Virus record (IMG/VR): IMGVR_UViG_3300033067_002266
Location: 1 to 54,260 of that record
DNA length: 54,260 nucleotides
Source of the DNA: a virus
Taxonomy: Duplodnaviria > Caudoviricetes
Reading direction: 5' to 3' (one strand)
Part shown: one piece after another, positions 19,337-28,737 of the stretch
Numbering within the stretch: the stretch's first letter is position 1
How the letters are laid out: every line of letters starts with the position of its first letter
Made by a program: the position numbers and the translations under genes
The notes under the pieces: generated by a model
Seen by the model: the letters and a program-made list of their open reading frames with translations, nothing else
Told to the model about the DNA's origin: nothing
The model's database searches: none

Positions 19337-19897
19337 TCAGATGAAGGAGGGATTGCGGACAGGAGTCCGACCCAATTGAGTGAAACTCCCTTCGACGGAA
19401 ACAAGATCACGGCCGTCACTGTCACGTTCCTGCTTTTGCATTACCTGCTCGCGGATAGCCTCTTCCTGTTCGGCGGGCATGTCGCTGTGGTAAATAGTCA
19501 TCAGGTCGTTGTAGCGTTGGGCGGGGATCTTGAACAGCAGCATCTCGTTGCACGCGATGCAACCATCGAATTCACCTTCCTTGACCGTATACTGGCCACC
19601 GAATCCAGGAACCTCAGAGGCTTTTACCGGCATATAGCCGAGCTGTAGCCGCTTATAGACAGGGTCGGTACTGTTGGTAGTGCTGACCCAGCAAAGGTGC
19701 ATCCCGGGAATCGAAGGGGGTGAGGGGAGTATTTCTTGGACCCATTCTTGACGCAGCAAACGACGCCGGTCGGAGGCAGAAAGGGCTGTGCCGTCTTCTT
19801 GTACGCGATCAACATCCGCGTCATATCTGGAGCTGCGAACGGGATCGCCAGCGGACTTTTTAAGGCGTTCATCGCCGAATTTGTCTTGCGTAGCCAT
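19337..19897 (-). CDS. conserved head-module protein
   Basis: Start reassigned to MATQDK at 19897 (AAGGAG RBS), 186 aa. Pattern LP.PP..PG...CW......D....RL.LGY.PV...E. Confidence 0.65.
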   Translation of the reverse strand: MATQDKFGDERLKKSAGDPVRSSRYDADVDRVQEDGTALSASDRRRLLRQEWVQEILPSPPSIPGMHLCWVSTTNSTDPVYKRLQLGYMPVKASEVPGFGGQYTVKEGEFDGCIACNEMLLFKIPAQRYNDLMTIYHSDMPAEQEEAIREQVMQKQERDSDGRDLVSVEGSFTQLGRTPVRNPSFI

Positions 19898-19898
19898 C

Positions 19899-20864
19899 TC
19901 AGTTTGCTCCTTTTTGTTGCTTGTCATATTCCTGGTAGCGTCGAATTCCTTCGGCGCGTTTCTTCGGGTCGTCCCATGAGCCGGCATCTTTCAATGCCTG
20001 AACTCGCGCAGCTGAAATTACATAGCCGCCTGAACGAGCACCGGAGGTCTCTTTTCCTGACCCGGCCACAGGGACTCGGGGAGGAGTTTTAGTTCCAGTG
20101 TTTTTATTATAGCTTGAACTTGTTCTGTGCGGCAAGTACTTTTTTGCGCGACTGTCAAGTTCATCCCAGTATTCCTTCGTCTTGGGGTCCCAACCTTCTT
20201 TCGCCATTTGGCGATCAAGGGTCATTACCACGGACGAATCAGCATCCTGGCCTTGCGGGTCGTACCAGCTATTACGCTCCATCCACTCCTGCGCATTATT
20301 CAATACGCGCGGGTCCAGCGCCGGAGGTTGTGCCTTTTGGCCTTGGAATGCCTTCTTGATATTTCCGATTTGTTCCAGGCGTTGGCGAGCAACGAACATC
20401 TTCTCCGCCGCGTCCGAGGCGATGGTGCCGTCGGCGGCTTGAATTGCTTTGGCGTGCAGATCCTTGAAATGGTTGTAGTAGGTTGCCGCTTCTTTTTCAG
20501 CCGCTTCCAGTTGCGCCATTTCGGAGCCGGTCGATTTGCGTTCGACGACTGAGACCCGGTTGGTCAGATCGTTGATGATAGAATCGCGTGCGGCCAGTTC
20601 CCGCTTCAGGGAGTCCACATACTCACGGCGACGATCTTTGCTCTCGCGGCGACGCTGCCGGTTGCGTTCCTTTCGGGCTTCGGCTTCTTCAGCCGTCTCG
20701 TCCTCGTGTCCTTGTTCTTCTTCGGACCCGTGGTCTTCGGTGGTCGAAAGACGCATATCTTCTCCACCATGTTCTTCGTGATCGTCAACAACCGGATCAC
20801 CACCAACAACGAAAGTGCCGTCAGCGTTTTCAGTTACCACGAGGTCTTCGTTTTCTTCAGCCAT
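19899..20864 (-). CDS. scaffolding protein
   Basis: 321 aa with an acidic N-terminus, a coiled coil and W.ERNSWY / YWDELD.R; upstream of the capsid genes. Confidence 0.65.
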   Translation of the reverse strand: MAEENEDLVVTENADGTFVVGGDPVVDDHEEHGGEDMRLSTTEDHGSEEEQGHEDETAEEAEARKERNRQRRRESKDRRREYVDSLKRELAARDSIINDLTNRVSVVERKSTGSEMAQLEAAEKEAATYYNHFKDLHAKAIQAADGTIASDAAEKMFVARQRLEQIGNIKKAFQGQKAQPPALDPRVLNNAQEWMERNSWYDPQGQDADSSVVMTLDRQMAKEGWDPKTKEYWDELDSRAKKYLPHRTSSSYNKNTGTKTPPRVPVAGSGKETSGARSGGYVISAARVQALKDAGSWDDPKKRAEGIRRYQEYDKQQKGAN

Positions 20865-20886
20865 TTATACGCTCCTTGCGTAAGGG

Positions 20887-21297
20887 TTACAGGATTTTGT
20901 CGAAGGCTTCGAAGTTTTCGCGAATCACGAGGTTTACATTCGTGTCGTCGAGAACCGCGAAGATAGCGTTGCTCTTGGTACCGGGGATCGGAATCTCGAA
21001 ACGGAATCCGCCCCATTTCGGAATCATAACCACATCCCCGACTTCTGCCCAAGCGCCCTCGTTCCATACTTCGCCGGTCTTGCGGTCACGGAACGCGATT
21101 GCTCCGACGGCAACCAGTTTGGCGACTTGTGTATTGCCGTTATTAAAGTCCCGCGTCTCCTCGGCGAGAATGATCCCACCCGCAGATTTTTCCTGAACAG
21201 TTCGAAGTTGCACGATGATCTTCGGCCCACACGGGGCAGTTCCGTGTTCGACCTCCGGGAAATGCTTCTTCAGATACTCTTCCTTACTGAGTGCCAC
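20887..21297 (-). CDS. groES: GroES-like co-chaperonin (Cpn10)
   Basis: 136 aa, P.G.KIIV...EKSAGGIIL...VAVG...VGDVV...KWGG is the Cpn10 pattern. Confidence 0.8.
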   Translation of the reverse strand: MALSKEEYLKKHFPEVEHGTAPCGPKIIVQLRTVQEKSAGGIILAEETRDFNNGNTQVAKLVAVGAIAFRDRKTGEVWNEGAWAEVGDVVMIPKWGGFRFEIPIPGTKSNAIFAVLDDTNVNLVIRENFEAFDKIL

Positions 21298-21342
21298 TAT
21301 AGTCTCCTTGACTAATTGTTGCAGAATGGGTCTGCGGCCCTA

Positions 21343-21540
21343 CTACGAAATGATCTCCGATTCGTTTTCCGCGTTGTGAATTCCATCCAGAATGCTAAGA
21401 GCGAGTTGAAGTCCTTGCCACATCCCCACCTGAACACCGTGTTCAAATGAATCCGCTTTTGGGAACATCATTGACGCCGAAGCTCGCGTCGCCTGCTCTT
21501 CCTTAACGCTCTGGATGAAAAGAAGGGTGGGTTTGTCCAT
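21343..21540 (-). CDS. small conserved protein upstream of GroES
   Basis: Start at the TAATG overlap at 21540, 65 aa, motif VGMWQGL..A..I. Confidence 0.6.
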   Translation of the reverse strand: MDKPTLLFIQSVKEEQATRASASMMFPKADSFEHGVQVGMWQGLQLALSILDGIHNAENESEIIS

Positions 21541-21719
21541 TATTTCCGCTTCTTGACGCTTCCGCCGCACATCTTTCCGGTCAAGGCTTCGGACTTCACC
21601 GCCTTCTTGAGCAAGGCGCGATCTTGCGCTTCGTCATCGTGCTTGATGTCGCCGCCCTTCTTGTAGGCTTTTAGGCCCGGTTGACTTTGCCCTTGTACCA
21701 CTTTTGCGAGACGTCCCAT
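21540..21719 (-). CDS. small basic protein with YKKGG and MCGG motifs
   Basis: ATG at 21719 with AAGGAG RBS, 59 aa, HDDEAQDRALLKK core. Confidence 0.65.
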   Translation of the reverse strand: MGRLAKVVQGQSQPGLKAYKKGGDIKHDDEAQDRALLKKAVKSEALTGKMCGGSVKKRK

Positions 21720-21729
21720 GATTAGCTCC

Positions 21730-22206
21730 TTACGCCGCAAGTAAGAGAAAAGCAGCGACACGACGGCGCGCGTGTCTACGCTTGATCTTTTGTTCTCGCG
21801 CCACCGCCAGACTGAATAATCTAGTTTCGGCGCGATTTATGAACACGGTAAAATTATGCAGCGACGGAAGGCTACTTAGCAACTCATGTGCAGAAGGTTC
21901 AGCGTAAACTGGAAGCGGTTTGAACTTTGGAAGCGGTTCTGGAATGAAGTCTTTTTCCTGTTCAACCCGCGGTTTCAGAACTTTCTTCTTTGTGGCTAGT
22001 AGAACAACCTTGTCCCGCTTTGCTTCTGTTTCAATCTTCTCGACAACTTTTTCACCAACCTTCAGTGCTTCTTCCTGCATTTTATAATAGAACAGCCGCC
22101 AGTAACCGGACTTCGCATCATTGGTTGGTGTTGTCCCGGTTCCGTGTAGATAGCGCGGGTGAAAATAGTTCGCGGTTAATGTCCGCTGGCCGAAGAAAAG
22201 ATTCAT
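21730..22206 (-). CDS. hypothetical protein
   Basis: 158 aa, ATGA-coupled to the 1147-aa gene; ends in a basic then hydrophobic stretch (RRRVAAFLLLAA). Confidence 0.6.
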   Translation of the reverse strand: MNLFFGQRTLTANYFHPRYLHGTGTTPTNDAKSGYWRLFYYKMQEEALKVGEKVVEKIETEAKRDKVVLLATKKKVLKPRVEQEKDFIPEPLPKFKPLPVYAEPSAHELLSSLPSLHNFTVFINRAETRLFSLAVAREQKIKRRHARRRVAAFLLLAA

Positions 22207-25200
22207 GCCGAATTCAACGTAATGGTGGTTCGATTACCGCTTGAATCTACATCGGCGACGACGCGGTCAGTTGTTCCGTCAATTCCTTTGAACGTTTCGG
22301 TCGCCGTTCCTCCACCAGAAACCTTACCGAGAAGCACCGCCGCGGTCAATTTCTGGACCTGGTCGACCGAATAGCCGTTCTCTAGAATTCGCGTTCCTAC
22401 CGCATCCGTTGCGATGGTCGATAGCTGCGCCGCCTGCCCTGCCGTCAAACCGGATCCAACGCTATATGGAATAACGTGATCAGGCGCGACGCAGATGTTT
22501 CCCCCGCTCGTATCGATCAGCGTGACAGACAGCCCCGTGGTCACATCGCGCGGGTAGCCATCCACGATGGTCAGCGTTCCCGTTCCGGTGTTTTTCCACT
22601 GGAAGTTTTCGTAGATATAGTTAGCGGTGTCGGGAGCGGTGATGAACGCAAAATCATCACGAATTCCTGCCTCCGTGTTGAGCCAATACACCTGGTACGC
22701 GTAAATCGATTTATTCGAGAACGTCCCTGTGGCCGACAGGTTGATCTTGACCAGATTGGTGCTGTCATCGATTGAGATGTTGCTGACCGTCGATCCATCA
22801 ATAGCGTTGGTGTTGTAGGTCGTGTCCGCCGTCTGATTGACGAGGTAGGACACAGACTCCGTGCCCGCCGTTATCCCACAGGTTCCAATAGAGGCCTCGA
22901 TCATCGCGTAGGCAGTCGTTCCAGACGCGCTTGTCACCCGCAGCCGGATCGCCCTGGATGCTGCCGCGGGGCTGGCATCGGTCCATGTGTAGGGGAACGT
23001 CGGCGTCCCGTTGTACAACTCCGTGCTGCTGGTTGTATCGTAAATCTGGATACGCGACCCGGCGACAGCACCGCTGATCGTGACAGACTGATTCACGGTC
23101 GGGGCCGAGATGGTCGTATTGCCGGGGTTGGTTCCCGCTACAACGATTCCGCCAGCCGGTGCATAGACCGTGATCGGCACGTTGTTCGGGTTATCAACCG
23201 TGATGGTCGAGCCATCGAACGTGCCCGCGTCGATGTGGTATCCGCCAGTCGTCGTGAGCGACAGGCGCATGCTGCCGCCGAATCCGTAGCTGTAGGTGCC
23301 TGGGGTAGTGATGGTGAGGGTGCCGCCACTGAACGAAGGAGTAGCACTGGACTGGGAGAACACCCCTCCGGTGTAGGTATACCCGGTCGCCGTTAACGTG
23401 TTGGTGTCCAGGCTGATCGAGCCCGGACCGTTGAGCGTGTATCCAGTCGTTGTCAGGTTCCCCTGCGCGAACAGGGATGGGCTGCCTGCTACCCCAGCAC
23501 CGGTCAGCGGAACAGCACTGCCGACGTTCTGGCAGGCTTGCGCCTGGCAGTAGTCGTAAAGTTTCTGAAATGTCTGACTCGCCGAGAGCGCCACCGTGCT
23601 AGAGGACGTGCCCCAGGTCACAGTCATACCGGCATAGGCGGCAGCGACATCCTCGCTAACCGGAGACCCCAGCCATAAACCGCTGGCGGTATCGCGGTCA
23701 CGCGTCGGGCTGGTCTCGTTGAACAGGTAACCGTAGTGGCGGCAGCGTGAGACAAACGGCGAAATCGGGCAACCGGAAAACCATGCCTTCCCTCCTGATG
23801 TCGCCGACTGCGCCGAGAACACGACCGTCAACATCCCGTCTGATGATCCCGAGTTCGTTGCGCTTAATGAGAGGGTTTCCCACACGTTCGCGGCGGTCGC
23901 GCCCGCCATCGTTGCCGTTGCCAGAACGGTCGTTCCATCGGTTGCATAGACCGTAACACTGGGCTCGGTGTAGGTCGAAGTTTTATACGCCGCATTCCGC
24001 TGTACCCGAACCAGCAGCAGCACCGTCTGCCCTGCTTTCGCCAGCACCTGGAACGACTTCGTAATGGCCGACGTAGCGCTGGCCGTCATCAATAGCGCCG
24101 AGGTCGAGTGCGGCCCGGTGTCCGTCGTGTATCCGCTGGTATCGCGCTGGATCATCGGCACAGTGTTGGAGTGGGACCCATAAACCTCTTGTAGCGCCGT
24201 GTCGTCGTTCTTGTTGACTATTGTCAGATACGACAACGGTAGATTCGCGCTCATCCCGGTGATGCCCAACGACGAGGGGAAATTGCAATTCACTGCCTCG
24301 ATCTGGCAGGCACCGATAGCGAAGTTGTTCGTGTTGTCGCAGCCAGCAAATACCTGCGACCCGAATTGAACATTCTCCAGCCGCTGCGAACTGCGTGACG
24401 AGATCGCCACATTGCTTGACCAGATCGCGCAGTCTTTTATAAGGGTTCCGGGGGCGGCGGCGTTGTGGATCGCGCCACCGCCCGAAGTGTTCATGGTGTG
24501 GCCAGAAATCTTGTGTCCGATCTGGTCCTGCCCCTGATAGCCCACCGTGATGGCTGCCGATGATGCGGTATTCCGAAAGACGGTCCAATACCGATCAGGG
24601 CCATTGGCGGCCGCACCACTGTTGTCCGCACCGCTGGCCGCAACCGCGTTGGCCGTCGTGTAGAAAATGTTATTGTCTTTGACAACGGCAGGGTTGCCGG
24701 TACCGGTAAAAACAACTGCCGCCGATCGGTAATCGTAAAACGCGTTATTGGAAACTGATTTGAAGTTCGTATGGGTCGATGCGAATCCAAAGACAAACAC
24801 CGTTCCGGTCCCCAGCGCACCACGGAATTCGACATCGGTCACGTAGCCGTCAATCGACATCTGCGCCGAATTCATCATCACGTAGCCGATTCCGCCTGCC
24901 GTTCCCGGACGGAATATCAGGTTGCTCCGCAGGTTGCCGACTGGGCAATCGACCGCATGGGCATTGGCGAACGTCGCCGTTGCGCCCGGGTTGATGGTGG
25001 TATCCGGAGTCGCTGAAAAAACCAGCGATGTGGAGCCCGGAGTATAGGCCGCGTCGAGAACCAGCAGATCGGTCTTCGGCGGATTGTTGTACGCCGAGGT
25101 GGTCGCAAAGCAGATCGCATCGCCGGGTCTCCAGCCGGTCGCATCGGTCACGGTGGCGGCAGACGCGCCTGCCGATACCGCACTGACCAGCGTCGTGCAG

Positions 25201-25646
25201 CGGGTTTTTGGCGCCCCCTTGAAATTGAAATTCCCTTTTGTCGTTATTCCCGCGCCCGCACCGCCGCTGTTGGCGTTGTTCAGTACGATCTCGCAGGTAA
25301 ACCCCGCGGCCGCGGCCATATCCAGATTGATGTAGCTCGAATATTGCCCCGCGGGCGACCCGCCAGAACTCTCGACAGGAACGATACTGCCCTCGACGGT
25401 GAGTTTTGAATTCGCCGAGGTACTGGCAATCAGCGAGCCACCGGAATCGCCCGCCGTCGTCCCAATATTGAACGTGAGCGACAGGCACGCGCAGGTGGTC
25501 GCGTCCAGGGTGACGGCCCGGTTTTTCTCAATCGTGCAGGCATCCGCTGCCGTGGGAGTAGCGGCTGACCCCGCTACTCCGCCGGGAGTCGCTGCCCAGA
25601 TGGCCCCGGTCCAGTTTCCTGAAGCTGTTGCGTAGCGCGCGGCCAT
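22203..25646 (-). CDS. large adhesin / tailspike-like virion protein (beta-helix-like and Ig-like segments)
   Basis: 1147 aa, T/S/G/A/N-rich. SGNW...W N-terminus, GSRIQIYD segment, C-terminal GKVSG...D..GNRT block. Confidence 0.6.
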   Translation of the reverse strand: MAARYATASGNWTGAIWAATPGGVAGSAATPTAADACTIEKNRAVTLDATTCACLSLTFNIGTTAGDSGGSLIASTSANSKLTVEGSIVPVESSGGSPAGQYSSYINLDMAAAAGFTCEIVLNNANSGGAGAGITTKGNFNFKGAPKTRCTTLVSAVSAGASAATVTDATGWRPGDAICFATTSAYNNPPKTDLLVLDAAYTPGSTSLVFSATPDTTINPGATATFANAHAVDCPVGNLRSNLIFRPGTAGGIGYVMMNSAQMSIDGYVTDVEFRGALGTGTVFVFGFASTHTNFKSVSNNAFYDYRSAAVVFTGTGNPAVVKDNNIFYTTANAVAASGADNSGAAANGPDRYWTVFRNTASSAAITVGYQGQDQIGHKISGHTMNTSGGGAIHNAAAPGTLIKDCAIWSSNVAISSRSSQRLENVQFGSQVFAGCDNTNNFAIGACQIEAVNCNFPSSLGITGMSANLPLSYLTIVNKNDDTALQEVYGSHSNTVPMIQRDTSGYTTDTGPHSTSALLMTASATSAITKSFQVLAKAGQTVLLLVRVQRNAAYKTSTYTEPSVTVYATDGTTVLATATMAGATAANVWETLSLSATNSGSSDGMLTVVFSAQSATSGGKAWFSGCPISPFVSRCRHYGYLFNETSPTRDRDTASGLWLGSPVSEDVAAAYAGMTVTWGTSSSTVALSASQTFQKLYDYCQAQACQNVGSAVPLTGAGVAGSPSLFAQGNLTTTGYTLNGPGSISLDTNTLTATGYTYTGGVFSQSSATPSFSGGTLTITTPGTYSYGFGGSMRLSLTTTGGYHIDAGTFDGSTITVDNPNNVPITVYAPAGGIVVAGTNPGNTTISAPTVNQSVTISGAVAGSRIQIYDTTSSTELYNGTPTFPYTWTDASPAAASRAIRLRVTSASGTTAYAMIEASIGTCGITAGTESVSYLVNQTADTTYNTNAIDGSTVSNISIDDSTNLVKINLSATGTFSNKSIYAYQVYWLNTEAGIRDDFAFITAPDTANYIYENFQWKNTGTGTLTIVDGYPRDVTTGLSVTLIDTSGGNICVAPDHVIPYSVGSGLTAGQAAQLSTIATDAVGTRILENGYSVDQVQKLTAAVLLGKVSGGGTATETFKGIDGTTDRVVADVDSSGNRTTITLNSA

Positions 25647-25871
25647 TTAATCCACTTGATCAGGGCCTGCTGGCCCGTCCGGAGCGGTGATAGCGGTCGC
25701 CCCGCCGCTTGTTTCGCTCAGCGTGCCCGACGTGGCCGAGCACTGGAGCGCGATGAGGATGTAGTCATCATTGGCTACGGTCAGACCCAGCGACGACAGG
25801 GAAACCGTGGCCGATCCAGCGAGGGCCGAGCTCAGCGGGACGTTGAGGGCGTCAGTTACAAGCCAGCTCAC
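25647..25871 (-). CDS. short protein, possibly a truncated virion-protein fragment
   Basis: 74 aa, GTG start with GGAG upstream; fills the gap between the portal and the 1147-aa gene exactly. Confidence 0.45.
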   Translation of the reverse strand: MSWLVTDALNVPLSSALAGSATVSLSSLGLTVANDDYILIALQCSATSGTLSETSGGATAITAPDGPAGPDQVD

Positions 25872-25875
25872 CGCG

Positions 25876-28587
25876 TCATTCTCCGCTCATCAATTGCTGT
25901 GCCAAACTTATCATGTTTTCCTGATGCCCGCGTTGCCCTTCCATTAGAGTACGAAGACCTTCAACGGTTGCCGTCAGAGCGTCGTTAGTCTTGGCTTCTT
26001 TGATCTGGTTGAGCATCTCAGTCATCTGCTTCAGCATAGCATCGTTCTGCGGAGCTTGGGCAGTTTCTGCGGTAGGGGTGACTTGTGGCATCATTTGCTT
26101 CAGCTTTTCGATCAGTACAGCCGTCTGGTTGTCATCGCGATTCTTGAGCAGTTCGGTCATCTGATGTTGCTGGTTGTCCGCCGAGTTTTTCATCATCTCA
26201 ATATGCTGGCGAACGTCTTCAATTGCCTTTGCATTATTCTCAGAGAACAACGCCAAGTTCTTCTTGTTCTCCTCTTGCGTCATCGCCAGTTGTTGTTCGA
26301 ACTGTTGCCGAGTCTGTTCCGCTTGCATTTGCATCGCGTCCAGGCTTTGGCGTCCTTGGAGTTCCTGAGCGCGAAGGGCGTTGTTCGCTTTGTCCGCTTC
26401 CGCTTTCTGGTTGATCTGGGCCATCGCGGCATCCAGCGTCGCTTGAACTTCGGGCGGGTAAGACGGTTTCGGAGCCTTGGATTGCGCAAACTGCGTAGCC
26501 TGTTGAATCATCGGCACGACGTCTTTGAGGGTTTCGGCGATCAACTGCTGCGCCATACGCGCCGCACGCATCGCGATCTGGTCTCCGTTCAATTCTTCTC
26601 CGTTCGCTTGAGCTTGCTGGTAGACCAGCGCAACATGAGCTTGTGACGTGATCTCGTAGAAAAGATTCAGGTGCTCGGAGACGTGCCCGAGAATCGCCAT
26701 TAGGTAAGGCTGCGGCATTGGGTTGAGTTGGTGGATCGGATTCAACACGTACCCAACATGAGTCATCACGTGCGCCATGTGATCCTGCGTAAGAGAAGCC
26801 TTCAGCGGAACACCATTAGCGGCGGATACATTCTCCTGTACCGGGTCGGCGGTAACTGGTTCTTCCTCTTTCGGCAACATACTTTCGATGCCGTCGGTGC
26901 GGAGCAGTTCCAGTGCGCGGCGAGCGATCTCGTTCCGGTTCCATTTCAGATCCGGGAACATCCCCATGACCTTGATCTGTTCTTGGAGCTGCGCGTACCG
27001 TTGTGCTTCGGAGAAGATGTTAGGGTCAGAGACCGGTTGAATGTCATCGTTTACCGCGAAGTCTTCCGGACGCAGATTCAACTTCTGCAACTGTTCCGCG
27101 TAGTCTTCTGGATATTGGCGCACCAAGCGGCAAAGAATCAGCAACGCGCGACGCTGAGATTCATGGAGGCGGGAGTGAATACTGGAGAAAACTTGGGAAC
27201 CTTGCTCGATCAGCGCCAAGGTGGTTCCCACAGGCATATTGTTGCCGGCGTCCGCGATGCGTTCTTCCGCCGTCGCGACTACGCCTTTCGCTTGCCCGGT
27301 TATCCAATCCAGCAACTGGAACAATACCGTACTCGGGGGATTGAACGGCAACGGCATCATAATCTTGCGGATATCGTCTACCCCGGCTGGCGCTTCTACC
27401 TCCGCGATCTCGGTTTGCGCAACCTGGATATTCTGCCCGGAAGTACGCCCACCTTTCAGTTTTACCGCGCCCGGTGAGTTGTTGATATGTGCCGAGTCGA
27501 GCAAGGCCCGGAGAGCGCCGGTTAGGGCCGCTGCCAGCCCGCCTATGAGGTGCGGCAGGCCAATGCCGTAAGCCCCACGCCACGGGATGAACTTATCTTC
27601 TACCCACCAGTCCAAACGCTGGAAAGATTCATCATCTTCTTCCCAGTTTCGGTAAACCGCGACGATCTTGCGTGTGGACTCGTCTAGGTGGATGATATAT
27701 GGGCAAAGCTCTCCGCTGTCTTCCAGATCCAGATCCACCGAGATTTCGAAGACCGTGCGCAAGCCGTCCTCATTGTAGGCGTTCTCGGAAAGGCCTTCGA
27801 CCTTGTCCGTGGCCTTCTCTGCCGCAGTTTCTTCCGGGGACTGCGGATCGGTGAGGTTGATATCTTTATAGAAACCAGTCGCTATACGGGACTCGAACTC
27901 GTCTCTCGTGATCTCCTGGATGTGCGTGAGGCGCGGGGTAGTATAGAACGAGGAAGCAGAATACGGCAGGAGAACCTTGTCCACAGGGACAAATTCCATA
28001 CAAGCGCGTTTCTTCTTCGGATCGCGCCAGTATTTTTCGTACTGCGAACCGCCGAGCGGAAGCTGCGTTAGCAGGATTTCTTTCTCGGCGCGGTATTCTT
28101 CGATCTTGTTGACGGTCAACCAGTTGAGGAAGTCGCGTTTGTTCTTTGCCTTCTCCAGTTTCTTCTCGTCGGCCTCGCCAATTATCTTGGTACGCACCGG
28201 GCCGTTAGCCGGGAATAACTCCTTGATAGCACGCGCGGAGAAGTCCACGCACCCTTCGGCCAGTACCGGATGAACAACTTTGGAAGCGCCTTCGAACTGC
28301 GCCCCACCGGGGGCATCATCTCCTAGTCCGGTGCGGCGGATTCCTTCGGTATATTGTTCATCGCGCTTCTTTCGGGCTTCCTTGTCCTTTTCGAGAAGGT
28401 CCAGGAGGTCGGATGCCGTGGTATTGAGGACGAATTGGTCCAGTTCTTCGGCAAGGTTGGAATAGAAGTCGGCGATCTCGGCAGCTTCGTCTTCCGGAAG
28501 CTCCACTACGGCGGAACCATCCTCCATCTCGGTCACGCCGAGGGAAGGATCTTCTTCGAAGAGTTCAGAGGAGGTTATCGGTTCCAT
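25876..28587 (-). CDS. portal protein with a long C-terminal coiled coil (P22-like)
   Basis: 903 aa. Motifs FEGASKVVHPVLAE, YGIGLPHLIGGL, PVGTTLALIEQG..VFSSIH.RLH and PVSDPNIFS. Confidence 0.85.
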   Translation of the reverse strand: MEPITSSELFEEDPSLGVTEMEDGSAVVELPEDEAAEIADFYSNLAEELDQFVLNTTASDLLDLLEKDKEARKKRDEQYTEGIRRTGLGDDAPGGAQFEGASKVVHPVLAEGCVDFSARAIKELFPANGPVRTKIIGEADEKKLEKAKNKRDFLNWLTVNKIEEYRAEKEILLTQLPLGGSQYEKYWRDPKKKRACMEFVPVDKVLLPYSASSFYTTPRLTHIQEITRDEFESRIATGFYKDINLTDPQSPEETAAEKATDKVEGLSENAYNEDGLRTVFEISVDLDLEDSGELCPYIIHLDESTRKIVAVYRNWEEDDESFQRLDWWVEDKFIPWRGAYGIGLPHLIGGLAAALTGALRALLDSAHINNSPGAVKLKGGRTSGQNIQVAQTEIAEVEAPAGVDDIRKIMMPLPFNPPSTVLFQLLDWITGQAKGVVATAEERIADAGNNMPVGTTLALIEQGSQVFSSIHSRLHESQRRALLILCRLVRQYPEDYAEQLQKLNLRPEDFAVNDDIQPVSDPNIFSEAQRYAQLQEQIKVMGMFPDLKWNRNEIARRALELLRTDGIESMLPKEEEPVTADPVQENVSAANGVPLKASLTQDHMAHVMTHVGYVLNPIHQLNPMPQPYLMAILGHVSEHLNLFYEITSQAHVALVYQQAQANGEELNGDQIAMRAARMAQQLIAETLKDVVPMIQQATQFAQSKAPKPSYPPEVQATLDAAMAQINQKAEADKANNALRAQELQGRQSLDAMQMQAEQTRQQFEQQLAMTQEENKKNLALFSENNAKAIEDVRQHIEMMKNSADNQQHQMTELLKNRDDNQTAVLIEKLKQMMPQVTPTAETAQAPQNDAMLKQMTEMLNQIKEAKTNDALTATVEGLRTLMEGQRGHQENMISLAQQLMSGE

Positions 28588-28736
28588 TACTTGCCCTTTT
28601 TGGGTATTTTAGCGCCTTCTTTGCGCGCCGTATTCAGCGCGATAGCAACCGCCTGCTTTTGTGGTCTGCCCGCCTTTATTTCGGTGTGAATGTTGGCCGA
28701 AAGGACTTTTTTAGACGTACCTTTTTTGAGGGGCAT
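28587..28736 (-). CDS. 49-aa basic phage protein (MPLKKG...QKQAVAIAL type), absent from the ORF track
   Basis: Manual translation gives [49 protein letters not shown]. Its stop overlaps the portal ATG (TAATG). Confidence 0.8.
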   Translation of the reverse strand: MPLKKGTSKKVLSANIHTEIKAGRPQKQAVAIALNTARKEGAKIPKKGK

Positions 28737-28737
28737 G

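Noticed and set aside
22203-25871. Stop-codon readthrough fusing the in-frame 74-aa and 1147-aa ORFs (TAA-ATG)
   Set aside because: The same abutting TAA-ATG junction occurs at 15414/15413 and 54094/54095, so it reflects tight gene packing. Long intact ORFs elsewhere argue against recoding.
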